NCBI GenBank assembly: GCA_031367385.1
Contig: JANLPS010000101.1
Location: forward strand, 1 to 28,389
DNA from: Archangium sp.
GTDB taxonomy: Bacteria > Myxococcota > Myxococcia > Myxococcales > Myxococcaceae
Length of the DNA: 28,389 nucleotides
Direction of reading: 5' to 3'
Shown: positions 1-12,307 of the stretch, piece after piece
Position numbering within the stretch: position 1 is the first letter of the stretch
Layout: the number at the start of each line of letters is the position of its first letter
Notes under the pieces: model-generated
What the model was told of the DNA's origin: nothing
Databases searched by the model: none
Seen by the model: only the letters and a program-made list of their open reading frames with translations
Made by a program: the position numbers and the translations under genes

Positions 1-207
1 GTGTCAGACACCGGCCCCGGCATCGACAAGGCATTTCAAGCGCGGGTCTTCGACAAGTTCTACCAGGTACCGGGGTCGACTTCGGGGGCCGCGGGCCTCG
101 GCCTGTACATCTCGAGAGAGGTCATTCGGGCGCACGGCGGAGAGATCGGTCTGACCAGTGAGACCGGCCAAGGCAGCACGTTCTGGTTCACCCTGCCCGC
201 GCGCTAA
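1..207 (+). CDS. Sensor histidine kinase, C-terminal HATPase_c fragment (5' end outside the window)
   Basis: G1 box DTGPGI, F box VFDKFYQ, G2 box GLGLYI, then HGGEI and GSTFWFTLP. Confidence 0.92.
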   Translation: MSDTGPGIDKAFQARVFDKFYQVPGSTSGAAGLGLYISREVIRAHGGEIGLTSETGQGSTFWFTLPAR

Positions 208-237
208 AGCACCAAGCCCAAACGCGAAGCACCCCGC

Positions 238-1593
238 TTAGCCTTCGTCGTATTTCTTTCGCTTGCGATACAGCGTCGACACGTCGAGGCCCAAGATGGT
301 GGCGGCCTCTTCGACCGACTTCGTTCGGGCGATGACGCGCTGAATGTGCACGCGCTCGAGGGCCTCGACGGTGATGTTCGCGCCGGCTTGCGCACTGACG
401 GCGCCCTCGGGCTCGGAGCTGAGCGCGAACGCTTCAGGCTCGAGAATCGTCGCGGGCCACACGATGGTGGCGCGCTCGATGGCGTTGCGAAGCTCGCGCA
501 CGTTGCCCGGCCACGAGTGGCGCAGCAGGGTCGCCTCGGCTGCCTTCGACAGCTCGGCGGGTGGCTTGCGGCCGACCCTCGCGAAAAAGCCGAGAAATTT
601 TCGGGCGAGCGGCAACACGTCTTCTTCGCGCTCCCGCAGGGGAGGAATGTGGAGCTGCATGACGTTGAGCCGGTACAGCAAGTCTCTGCGAAAGCGACCC
701 GAGCCGACGTCTTCTTCGAGATTTCGGTTCGTCGCGGTGATGACCCGAACATTGGCCTGCCGAGTTCGGTTCTCGCCCAGCCGCTCGAACTGTTTGTCTT
801 GAACGAAACGCAGCAGCTTCGCCTGTAAACCCGGAGAGAGCTCAGCGATCTCATCGAGAAAGAGGCTGCCGCCTTCGGCCATCTCGACCCGGCCGGGCTG
901 ATCGCGGGTCGCTCCGGTGAAAGAGCCCTTGGCGTGCCCGAACAGCTCGGAGGTCAGCAAGTCTTCTGACAGCGTTGGGCAATTGATGACCACGAAGGGC
1001 TGGCTCTGCCGCGGGCTCGCCGCGTGGAGCGCCCGAGCGAGGACGCCCTTGCCGGTGCCGTTTTCTCCGCGCAGCAGCACCGGTGCATCGGCAGTCGCCG
1101 CGCGGGCCAACAGCTCGAGCGTCTGCTGCATCTTCGCAGACTCGGTGCTCAGGTCAGCTTCAGGCGTCGATTCGGCCAGCCGGGCTTGCAGGTCGGTCAG
1201 CCGCCGCTCAGAGGCATGTCTTTGGCGAACCCGGTCGACGACGTGTCGAATCTGAGCGGGGGTGAACGGCTTCGAGAGATAGTCGCGCGCCCCACGCCGA
1301 ATGGCCTCGACCGCGGTGTCGATGGTCGCGAACGCCGTAATGACGACGATGTCGAGCAGCGGCCGCTGCGCCAACAGCTGCGGTATCAGCTCGAGGCCGT
1401 TGTTCTGCCCGAGCCGCAAGTCGACGAAGGCCAAATCGAAGGGGGCGCCCGCGACCGCCGCCTTGGCCGCATCGACGCCATCGGCCTGAACGACCTGTTC
1501 GCCGAACGTCTCGAGGCACATCGCCAAGGTGGCGCGAATGTTCTTCTCGTCGTCGACAACGAGCACACGCAAGGGGCTAGCAGCAGGGGCCAT
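238..1593 (-). CDS. Sigma-54-dependent response regulator (REC-AAA+-Fis HTH; AlgB/NtrC-like)
   Basis: VLVVDDE receiver domain, Walker A GENGTGKG, ELFGH and GSFTGA loop, LFLDEI, DLLYRLNV, WPGNVREL, C-terminal HTH. Start moved to the ATG at 1593 (MAPAASPLRVLVVDD). Confidence 0.93.
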   Translation of the reverse strand: MAPAASPLRVLVVDDEKNIRATLAMCLETFGEQVVQADGVDAAKAAVAGAPFDLAFVDLRLGQNNGLELIPQLLAQRPLLDIVVITAFATIDTAVEAIRRGARDYLSKPFTPAQIRHVVDRVRQRHASERRLTDLQARLAESTPEADLSTESAKMQQTLELLARAATADAPVLLRGENGTGKGVLARALHAASPRQSQPFVVINCPTLSEDLLTSELFGHAKGSFTGATRDQPGRVEMAEGGSLFLDEIAELSPGLQAKLLRFVQDKQFERLGENRTRQANVRVITATNRNLEEDVGSGRFRRDLLYRLNVMQLHIPPLREREEDVLPLARKFLGFFARVGRKPPAELSKAAEATLLRHSWPGNVRELRNAIERATIVWPATILEPEAFALSSEPEGAVSAQAGANITVEALERVHIQRVIARTKSVEEAATILGLDVSTLYRKRKKYDEG

Positions 1594-1743
1594 GTGACAA
1601 ATGGCCGTGGTACCACCTCCGGCCGAGGCGGGCCAACGCCAAGGGTCATTCGCGTTCTGCCCGCCGCGTTTTGCAAGATGCCGAACGACCGAAAGCGCCC
1701 TCGAAATTCTCGCGTAACGGCAACCGTTTGCAGGCGCCCCGAC

Positions 1744-1759
1744 TGGTACGGCCGCTGCT
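1744..1759 (+). promoter_or_regulatory. Sigma-54 -24/-12 promoter candidate
   Basis: TGGTACGGCCGCTGCT has exact GG-N10-GC spacing and is close to TGGCACG-N4-TTGCW. It lies about 60 nt upstream of ATG 1820 and is divergent from a sigma-54 activator. Confidence 0.7.
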
Positions 1760-1819
1760 TCGCTGGTGAGGGTGCCACCCGCAGTGAGCCCGCTCGCCCC
1801 TTCTTCTTGGAGAGACCCC

Positions 1820-2667
1820 ATGACCCATCACTCCTCGCTGCGGTTCGCGCTGCTGGCCACCATCGCGACGCTTGGGTGCCATTCGCCACCGGCGTTGATC
1901 GCCGATAGAAGAGTCGGGCCCCTCGCCTCGACGCTGCAGACCGAACTCTCCAAGTCTTTGACGCCGAGAAGAGCGCGGTGATCTCGACCTCTGACGAGGA
2001 ATCGGAGACCTTGGCCGCGGAGTCGAGGCGGGCTTCGAGCGCAGTCGACCGAGCGAGACTCGAGCTGCGAGGGGTGCTCACCCACCCGGTCGCACTTGAA
2101 AAACTGACCGCATTCGACCAGACCTGGGGCGCTGTGGTGCAGATCGACGCCAGGCTCCTGCCGCTGGCGGTGGCCAACACCAACCTCAAGGCGACTCGGC
2201 TGTCTGCTCAGTCAGCCCAAGACGCCGTCGTGCAGCTCGTGGCCGCCTTGACGAGCGTCGCCGAGGCAACCTCAGACCCCTGGCTGCTTCGTGCGCTGAT
2301 GAACGCTTCGGCCGATGCGCTCCGAATTCAAACGCTGCATGCCTCTCACATCGCGGCAGCCGACGACCCGGTGATGACACGCCTCGAGCATGAAATGGAG
2401 GGCCTGCACCTCGAGGTCACCACCTTCATGACCATGCTGCAAAGGCGTTTCGAGAAGGGGGCGTTGAAGGCTCACGTCGACCTTGCCGCGGCTCGCTGGA
2501 GCGCGTTTCTGGCGTTTCACGGTGAAATCATTCGACTCTCGCGCGTCAACTCGAACCTGATCTCGTTCGAGCTGTCGACCCACGCGAAACGAGAAGCGAG
2601 CGCCCGATGCCAGGCCGCTTTGCAGGCGCTGATGGAAGAGCTTCAATCGGAGCACAAGGCCCGGTGA
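1820..2667 (+). pseudogene. Frameshifted lipoprotein with a helical (four-helix-bundle sensory-like) body
   Basis: RBS GGAGAG at 1809, ATG 1820, lipoprotein signal ending LATIATLGC. The frame changes near 1955-1960 into ...DAEKSAVISTSDEESE..., which continues as ORF 1978..2667. Confidence 0.7.
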
Positions 2668-2680
2668 GCTGTTGCCGCTC

Positions 2681-4174
2681 TCACGGTACCTGCAGCGCTT
2701 GATGCCGTAAGCGCGCGCACGCCACAGACCACGACTGCAGCGAGCGATCGGTACAGCGCGCCGACGTGTCGCTAGAGATGAACCCAGTCGGGTGCGCCTC
2801 GAGATACCGGCGGCTCGCCAGCGCCGAGTCGGCCGAGAGCGTGGCGAGGTATGCGCGGTCAACGCGCTCGGGCTGAATCGAGACCTCGAGGTTTTGCGTC
2901 GTCACGAAGCCTTCGACATCGAGCAGGTTGAGACCCGAGAGCGTGGCGAAGCCCACCAGCACCGCCCCGAACGCGAACCGCTCGGTCGCCACCCACAGTG
3001 TCAATGCTCTGACCGCGAGCAGCCCGCCCACCAGCACCATCACCGCTTGCGCCAGCACTCGGGCCACGGTGAACCCGTAGGCGGCTTCGTAGAGCTGCAA
3101 GCGCGAGATGGCTGAGCTCACCAGCGGCAGGGTCACCAGCACCAGCACAGACGAGGCGACCCGCATCAGCCGCTCGGCCAGCGGGCTGTTGAGCGCGACC
3201 CGCCGATTGAGCGCGATCAGCACCAGCAGCACCACGCCGCTGACGACGAGCAACTCTGCGAACCCGTTGTGCACGTACTGCGCGTAGGTGAGCTCGTCTG
3301 GGAGGCCGCAGCGGTCGGAGGCGAAGGCGCACTCCAATGAGACGGCATCGAAGGTGGCGATCAGCGCGGTGAGGCTCGTGACCAGTGAGAAGCCTTCGGT
3401 CGCCCCCAACTGCCACGGCCAACGGCCCTCGACTGGGGCTTGCAGCGAACGGCGCGCCAGGGCCGTGCTCAGCGCGCCCGCGCAGAGTACCGCGCCGATG
3501 AGGACCCAGCTCAGCGAGCCCAGCGGCCCACCAATCGACAGGTTGACGACGCTCTGAGCCACTCGCAACACCCGGTCGAAGAACGGCGTGCTCGCTGACA
3601 TCAACAACCCGAACACCAGAGCCAACACGGGAGTCACCAGCACCATCGAGCGCAACATCGGCCCGGCCCAGCGCACCGCGAAGCCTTTGGCGCCCTCGAG
3701 CTTCACCGTCGAGCGCATCACGCGAAACCCCGCGGGCACGAGACGGGCTCCGGTCTGCAGGGGCCTGCCGAAGAGGGCGCCCAACGACCAGGCCTCGACC
3801 GCCGAGGCCCCGCGCCAGGTGGTCACCGCCGCCAAGGCGCACCAGAGCACGGCCACCGAATTCAGCGCCGCCATTGACGAACTGTCACGAAGCGCGATGA
3901 AGGCCGCGAAAAAAAGTCCTGCGGCGACGAGCCAGCGAACGGGTCTGCCGGTCTGCCAGCCCTCGATGCCACCGACCCACCGGAGCGCCGCGAGAGTCGC
4001 CCCGCCGAAGAGGACGACTGACAACCCCAGAGAATGACCGTCGAAGGCCCACTCGGCGAGGGCTCCGAGGGCGAGGGCTGCCCACAGGGTGCGCTTCGCA
4101 AATCGCGGGGGGCGGGCCACGGTCGGCGCAGCGGCCTGGGCCATTCGTTCGAGCGGAGCACTGGTTGGCGTCAT
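2681..4174 (-). CDS. DUF4153/DUF4173-type polytopic membrane protein
   Basis: Many TM segments plus the motifs TYAQYVHNGFAELL, RLQLYEAAYGFT..R and DRAYLATLSADS. Confidence 0.8.
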   Translation of the reverse strand: MTPTSAPLERMAQAAAPTVARPPRFAKRTLWAALALGALAEWAFDGHSLGLSVVLFGGATLAALRWVGGIEGWQTGRPVRWLVAAGLFFAAFIALRDSSSMAALNSVAVLWCALAAVTTWRGASAVEAWSLGALFGRPLQTGARLVPAGFRVMRSTVKLEGAKGFAVRWAGPMLRSMVLVTPVLALVFGLLMSASTPFFDRVLRVAQSVVNLSIGGPLGSLSWVLIGAVLCAGALSTALARRSLQAPVEGRWPWQLGATEGFSLVTSLTALIATFDAVSLECAFASDRCGLPDELTYAQYVHNGFAELLVVSGVVLLVLIALNRRVALNSPLAERLMRVASSVLVLVTLPLVSSAISRLQLYEAAYGFTVARVLAQAVMVLVGGLLAVRALTLWVATERFAFGAVLVGFATLSGLNLLDVEGFVTTQNLEVSIQPERVDRAYLATLSADSALASRRYLEAHPTGFISSDTSARCTDRSLQSWSVACARLRHQALQVP

Positions 4175-4287
4175 GGCCTCGCGGTTTGCAATTCGCGCAC
4201 CCGTCAGTGAGCGGTCGAAATCGCGCCTGAGCGGTCGGTGAGCGAGTCGCTCGCGGTGAAGCGGCCGCGTATGGCGCGGGGGCCACG

Positions 4288-4728
4288 GTGCTATCGGCGT
4301 CGATGCTGGTTCGGGTCATTGCGGTGGTCGCCATCGCCGTCTTGATGTGGGGCGTCGAGTCGCTCGACCCGATGCCCCTGCTGGTGTGGTGCGTGCCCGC
4401 CCTGCTGCTGGTCAACGCGCTGCGAGCGCCGAGCATCATCGCGGCGCGCGGGCTGACCTTTCGCTCGGCGGTGACCTCGCTGTACTACCGCGACCCCGAC
4501 GGCAATCTGGTCGAGCTGCAGGTCGACAACTTCGCGACTCCCGACGAAGCGACGGCGTACATGCGCGGGCCGGAGTACGGCGCTGACGCGGTGGGTGTCG
4601 GTTTTCTGCCTGAGGCGATGCAGGCCGCCCTCGCTGCGGGAACACCCAAGGCGGTGCTTCAGACGCGAAAGTGGGCGCTCGAGAGCAGCCCAGGCCTGCC
4701 CAACCCGATCATCGAGCTCACCCGCTGA
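4288..4728 (+). pseudogene. Probable chimeric remnant: membrane-protein fragment joined to the C-terminal half of a VOC/glyoxalase-family protein
   Basis: TSLYYRDPDGNLVELQVDNF is the C-terminal VOC motif. The N-terminal VOC half is absent and a hydrophobic segment stands in its place. Confidence 0.55.
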
Positions 4729-4729
4729 G

Positions 4730-5758
4730 TTACTGAGCCTTCTGCGCACGCCAGTCACGCGGCGCCATGTTCGCCCAGCGCCGAAACGCCCGGTCGAACG
4801 CGCGCAGCTCAGAATACCCGAGCAAATAGGCCACCTGGCTGATGTCGAGCCGCTCATCGCGTAGGTAACTGCGGGCCAGGTCGAAGCGCACGCCGTCGAG
4901 CACGTCTTGAAACGAGGTCTTCAGGTCAGCCAACCGGCGCTGCAGGGTGCGACCGCTCATGTGCATGCGGGTCGCGAGGCGCTCGATGTTGGGCTCGCCC
5001 TGCTTGAGGGCGTCGCGAATGAGGTAGCGCAGCTTGTCGATGAGGTCATCGGTCTTCGGGCGCGAGGCCAGCGCCTCGAGCGCGTGCTCCTCGAGAAAGC
5101 CGTAGAGGGCCGGGTCACCACCGCGCACTGGCAAGTCGAGCGCGTTTCGGGCGACCGCGAAGCCATTGGTGCTCTGGTCGAATTTCAAGTTGGGCGTGCC
5201 GAAGAACTCGGTCAACCGGGTCAGCGAGCCAGGCGCGGGCGTCGTGAACCAGGCCCGGGTCAGCGGCGCGCCGTCGCTCATCGAACGCAGGCGCTGCACC
5301 AACACCGCGGTGGTGTACTCGTTGATGTGCCGGCCAAGACCAGTTGGCTGCTGGGTCGGGTGGTTGTGCTGCTCGGCCTCGGTCTCTTTCTCGAGAAACA
5401 CGAAGGTTTGGTTGGGCGCGAGACAGGCGCTGAATCGCACGACGTTCTCCCAGACGCCTCGCATCTGGGGCGTGCTGTGAATCAGAAATTCAGCGACGCC
5501 ATACGCTCCACGCGGCACCCAGGCGGCGACTGAGATGCCGATGTGCGGGTCTGAGAGCTGAGTCGCGAGGTCTTCGGAGAGATCGCGAATCGTCGACACC
5601 GGCGTGGTGAGCTCAAGCTGCTTGGGCTTGTCGAAGTCGAGGTCGGTGGGGAACTTGTATTTCTGAATCAACGGCGGCAGCGCGAGCCCACGCGTCTGCG
5701 CATATGCGAGCAACAACGGGCCAAGTCGAGACGTGAAGTCCGGGTCGCTGCGTGCCAT
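4730..5758 (-). CDS. AraC-family transcriptional regulator (OruR-like, N-terminal ligand-binding domain)
   Basis: LATRMHMSGRTLQRRL and ISQVAYLLGYSELRAFDRAFRRW HTH signature. Start taken at ATG 5758. Confidence 0.9.
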   Translation of the reverse strand: MARSDPDFTSRLGPLLLAYAQTRGLALPPLIQKYKFPTDLDFDKPKQLELTTPVSTIRDLSEDLATQLSDPHIGISVAAWVPRGAYGVAEFLIHSTPQMRGVWENVVRFSACLAPNQTFVFLEKETEAEQHNHPTQQPTGLGRHINEYTTAVLVQRLRSMSDGAPLTRAWFTTPAPGSLTRLTEFFGTPNLKFDQSTNGFAVARNALDLPVRGGDPALYGFLEEHALEALASRPKTDDLIDKLRYLIRDALKQGEPNIERLATRMHMSGRTLQRRLADLKTSFQDVLDGVRFDLARSYLRDERLDISQVAYLLGYSELRAFDRAFRRWANMAPRDWRAQKAQ

Positions 5759-5806
5759 GGGCGGTTCGTACTGCACTTGGGGCGCCCGGGTCGAGGCCCC
5801 TCGTAG

Positions 5807-5845
5807 ACAAACAAAAGGCCGCGACCCTGAAGAGTCGCAGCCTTT
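5807..5845 (-). terminator. Rho-independent terminator of the Cys-rich lipoprotein gene
   Basis: Minus-strand stem GGCTGCGAC...GTCGCGGCC followed by TTTTGTTTGT, about 30 nt past the stop at 5878. Confidence 0.75.
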
Positions 5846-5877
5846 GGCTTCAAGCAATCACCTTGAAAGGTGAAGGC

Positions 5878-6231
5878 TTACCCGCCGTCTTTGCCCGAGC
5901 CGGCGTCGACCGCAGGGGTCAGACACTTGGAGTACGCGTCGATCTGCGTCTTGCAGTTCGCGGTGACGTTCGCGAGCGACTTGGTGCCGTCGGTCTTGTT
6001 GTCGGTGCCGCAAACCTGCTGGCCGGCCGCGCAATTGTTGGCCGCGTCGCGCTCGGTCTTGCAAGTGGTGACCGCTTGCGCAGTCTTGCAGGCGGCGATC
6101 TGGTCAGCCGTCGGAACCGGATCAGCCGAGCACTTCGGGGTGCCTGAGCACGGGTCCGCGCTGCCGCAGGCCGAGAATGAGATCGCTGAAAAAATACCGA
6201 CCGTCGCCAAACCCAACAAAATCTTCTTCAT
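5878..6231 (-). CDS. Small cysteine-rich lipoprotein
   Basis: MKKILLGLATVGIFSAISFSAC signal and lipobox, 8 further Cys, own terminator. Confidence 0.8.
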   Translation of the reverse strand: MKKILLGLATVGIFSAISFSACGSADPCSGTPKCSADPVPTADQIAACKTAQAVTTCKTERDAANNCAAGQQVCGTDNKTDGTKSLANVTANCKTQIDAYSKCLTPAVDAGSGKDGG

Positions 6232-6296
6232 GTAGTTTTCCCTTGGCGGCTTGTGGTGAGTGTTGATGGGGCCGCGCCCAACAGGCGGTCTTCTAA

Positions 6297-6323
6297 GTCG
6301 ATTATTTCTCAAAAATCATCGAC
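6297..6323. promoter_or_regulatory. Imperfect palindrome (candidate operator) in an AT-rich divergent intergenic region
   Basis: GTCGATTATTT-CTCAA-AAATCATCGAC, 11-bp arms with one mismatch. Confidence 0.35.
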
Positions 6324-6400
6324 AAAATTCGCTACGGGGTTTCTGCCTTACTTTTGGCCCACGTCAACAAATTGATTTGCAACAACCTGAATCGAACGTC

Positions 6401-7000
6401 ATGCGCTCTCATACCAACAGCGATTTACCTGGGAGATGCAGGCGTTGTTGGGTGCGCGACGGCTACTGCATTTGCGCCGAGATACCGACCGTTTCGACCA
6501 AAACCGGGGTCTTGGTGATTCGACATGAACGCGAGAGCTTCAAGTCGACCGGCACCGCGCGGGTGGCCCATTTGGCCTTGCCGAACAGCCACATTCTCGA
6601 TTCGGGCGAGGAGTCTTCGCTCACCAACGACCAGCTTGCGGGGCAGCTCCAGGGCGCGAGCGTGCTTTTCCCCTCGGCCGAGCCGGCTCCCTGGCCGGCG
6701 GCGGGTGAGATCGGCAAGTTGATCGTGCTCGATGGCACCTGGCGGCAGACCCGGCGAATGTTCGCGAAGCTGCCGGCGTTGCATGGGTTGCCCAGGCTGA
6801 CCTTGCCCCCCAAAGAGGCCCCGGTGTTGCGGCTGCGGGCGTCGACGTTCAGTGAGGGGCGCTCGACGCTCGAGGCGATCGCCGACGCGCTGGGCATGCT
6901 CGAAGGCGAGGCGGTCGCGACCCCGCTGCACCAGCTCCATGCGCTCTACGTCGAGCGGGTGTTTCGGGCGCGAGGGGTCTGGGAGCTGAAACGGGCCTGA
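6401..7000 (+). CDS. DTW-domain tRNA-uridine aminocarboxypropyltransferase (TapT/YfiP-like)
   Basis: N-terminal CxxC...CxC, HxxE..KSTGT, LIVLDGTWRQ, STLEAIA. Start taken at ATG 6401. Confidence 0.88.
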   Translation: MRSHTNSDLPGRCRRCWVRDGYCICAEIPTVSTKTGVLVIRHERESFKSTGTARVAHLALPNSHILDSGEESSLTNDQLAGQLQGASVLFPSAEPAPWPAAGEIGKLIVLDGTWRQTRRMFAKLPALHGLPRLTLPPKEAPVLRLRASTFSEGRSTLEAIADALGMLEGEAVATPLHQLHALYVERVFRARGVWELKRA

Positions 7001-7041
7001 TTCGTGCCAGGCCCCCTTTGGTGGCGTACCCTGCGCGTTGA

Positions 7042-7464
7042 ATGGACGACGAGCTCGACGACAACACGGAGACCGCCGGCCTGGGTCTGCCGGTGTACAA
7101 GCGCGAACCGCTGCCCTGGGTGCTCTTCGTCGCGACGCTGTTGCTGTTTCTGGGCTCGACGTTGGTGCTGGTGATGCGCGCGAACGGGTTCGTCAAGCAG
7201 CTCGGCGAGACGAACGCGGCGCTGGTCGAGGCGCAGGCGAGTCAGAAGGCGGCGATCGCCGATGTGACTCCGCTCAAGGCCCGAATCGACGACCTCGAGA
7301 GCCAGGTGAAGGCGGTGACCGCGCAGCGCGAGGCGTTGAGCGAGAAGGTGAAGGGGCTCGAGCTCAAGGCCGCTGAGGGCGCGGGCACGGCTGTGAAGAA
7401 GCCGACTCCGACCGCGCCTCCGGGGGTGAAGAAGAAGGCGGCGGTGAAGAAAAAGAAGAAGTGA
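7042..7464 (+). CDS. Single-pass membrane protein with coiled coil and Lys-rich tail
   Basis: Acidic N-terminus, TM LPWVLFVATLLLFLGSTLVLVM, heptad-like helix, KKKAAVKKKKK end. Confidence 0.75.
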   Translation: MDDELDDNTETAGLGLPVYKREPLPWVLFVATLLLFLGSTLVLVMRANGFVKQLGETNAALVEAQASQKAAIADVTPLKARIDDLESQVKAVTAQREALSEKVKGLELKAAEGAGTAVKKPTPTAPPGVKKKAAVKKKKK

Positions 7465-7468
7465 AGTG

Positions 7469-7602
7469 GCTCATGGTTCGACGGGCTCACCATGAGCGGT
7501 TTGGGACCCGATCCATCTCAGCGACCCGGTCCAGCTCACCAGGGAGCACCAACTCTCATGTTGAGCCTGTCGACCCACGAACCACGAACCACGAACCACG
7601 AA
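7469..7602. repeat. REP-like palindromic element plus heptamer tandem repeat
   Basis: Hairpin GCTCATGGT(7469-7477)/ACCATGAGC(7489-7497). 19-bp inverted pair 7478-7496 and 7555-7573 with 2 mismatches. (CCACGAA)x4 at 7575-7602. Confidence 0.7.
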
Positions 7603-7608
7603 ACCCCG

Positions 7609-10827
<3,219 letters not shown>

Positions 10828-10899
10828 GAACGAACGCTCTACTTGAGAAACCCGAAAAGATCGTGAGCCGTTTGCGAGGCCGAGCTACACCCCGTTCGC

Positions 10900-11613
10900 A
10901 TGGCCACCTGGCAGGTTCGATACGAAGCCCAAGTCGCGATAGTCAGCCTCGATGATGGCAAGGCCAACGCCCTGTTGGTGCCCGAGTTCGAGGGGCTCGA
11001 GCGCGCGCTCGATGAGGTCGAAGCGAGCAAGACGCTGGCGATGGTGCTGACCGGCCGGGCGGGCTTCTTCAGCGCGGGCCTCAACCTGAAGGTGCTGGGC
11101 ACCCTGCCGCTCGAGGGCAAGAAGGCGCTGGTCGCGGCGATGGGCAGCGCGGTGCTGAAGCTGTTTCTCTTTTCAAAACCAGTGGTTGCAGCGGTCTCGG
11201 GGCATGCCCTGGGCGGCGGAGCGATGTTCGGCCTCGCCTCCGATGTACGCCTCTTCGCCGATGGCCCGTTTCGCTTCGGCTTGAACGAGGTGCCGGCGGG
11301 CCTGTTCGTGCCCAGCTACGCCATCGAGCTGGCCGCGGCAGCACTGCCGGCCTCGCGGCTGACCGAGATGGTCATTCACGGCAGGGTGGTGACCCCACCC
11401 GAGGCGCTCGCGCTGGGCCTGGCCGAAAAGGTGTGCCCGCCTGAAGAGCTGCTGAGCGCCGCGGTGGCCCGGGCGACCGCGCTGACCGACATTGCAGGCA
11501 CCGGGTACGCGACCACCAAACGCCTGGTTCGGGGCCCGGCGGCGGCTTCGGCCCGAGCGAGGCTGCCTGCAGAGCTCGATGCGCTCGCGGCGATGCTCGG
11601 CGCGCCAGCCTAG
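10900..11613 (+). CDS. Enoyl-CoA hydratase/isomerase (crotonase) family protein
   Basis: DDGKANAL, FSAGLNL, KPVVAAVSGHALGGG, GLNEV. Confidence 0.9.
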   Translation: MATWQVRYEAQVAIVSLDDGKANALLVPEFEGLERALDEVEASKTLAMVLTGRAGFFSAGLNLKVLGTLPLEGKKALVAAMGSAVLKLFLFSKPVVAAVSGHALGGGAMFGLASDVRLFADGPFRFGLNEVPAGLFVPSYAIELAAAALPASRLTEMVIHGRVVTPPEALALGLAEKVCPPEELLSAAVARATALTDIAGTGYATTKRLVRGPAAASARARLPAELDALAAMLGAPA

Positions 11614-11676
11614 TTTTCGCGTGGCTGTCACACAGTTGTTGCTGCATGCGGGCTCAACCTGAAATGAAGGGCACCC

Positions 11677-12307
11677 ATGGCACTCCAAGACATGATCCGT
11701 TGGTTGCTCCCCCGCGAAGACCACTACTACGACATGCTCGAAGAGCTGGCGAAGCTCGGCCACTCGGCTTCGGTCGAGCTTTCGAAGTTCGGTGCGAGCC
11801 CCGCGGCCGAGATCACCGACTCGGTGCAGAAGCTCGAGCACCAGGCCGACGACGTGGTGCGCCGAATGGAAGACGCGCTCGCCCGCACCTTCGTCACCCC
11901 GCTCGACCGTGAAGACCTGCACAAGCTTTGCGGCCAGCTCGACGACATCATCGACTTGACCAACCTCACCGCGCGGAGCTTCGCGCTCTACCACATCGAG
12001 AAGCCCACCAAGGCGATGACCGAGATCATGGTGAAGCTGGTCGACGCGACCACCATTCTGCGTGACGAGGTGCCTCGGCTGCGCAAGCACGAGTACACCA
12101 AGCTGCTCGAGGCCACCCGCGAAGTGCGTCGGGTCGAGAAAGAGGCCGACACCATCTACCGCGCGGCGATAAGCCAGCTCTTCTCGCAAGAGGTACACCA
12201 AGACTTTCGCGACCTGCTCAAGCAGAAAGAAGCGCTCGACCACCTCGAGAACGCGGTCGACTACTGCGACAACGTGGCCGACCTGCTCTCCAACCTGGCC
12301 GTGAAGC

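Noticed and set aside
1594..1821. N-terminal extension of the 527-aa response regulator ORF
   Set aside because: The receiver domain starts right after ATG 1593, and the extension covers the divergent promoter region
1956..1962. CTTTGAC, identical to the prfB +1 programmed frameshift site, at the lipoprotein frame break
   Set aside because: CTT-TGA is not in the frame of the upstream ORF, joining the two ORFs needs a -1 shift, and there is no internal SD sequence just upstream
11625..11642. PHO-box-like CTGTCACACAGTTGTTGC upstream of DUF47-pit
   Set aside because: The context is attractive, but only one half-site matches well; too weak to call
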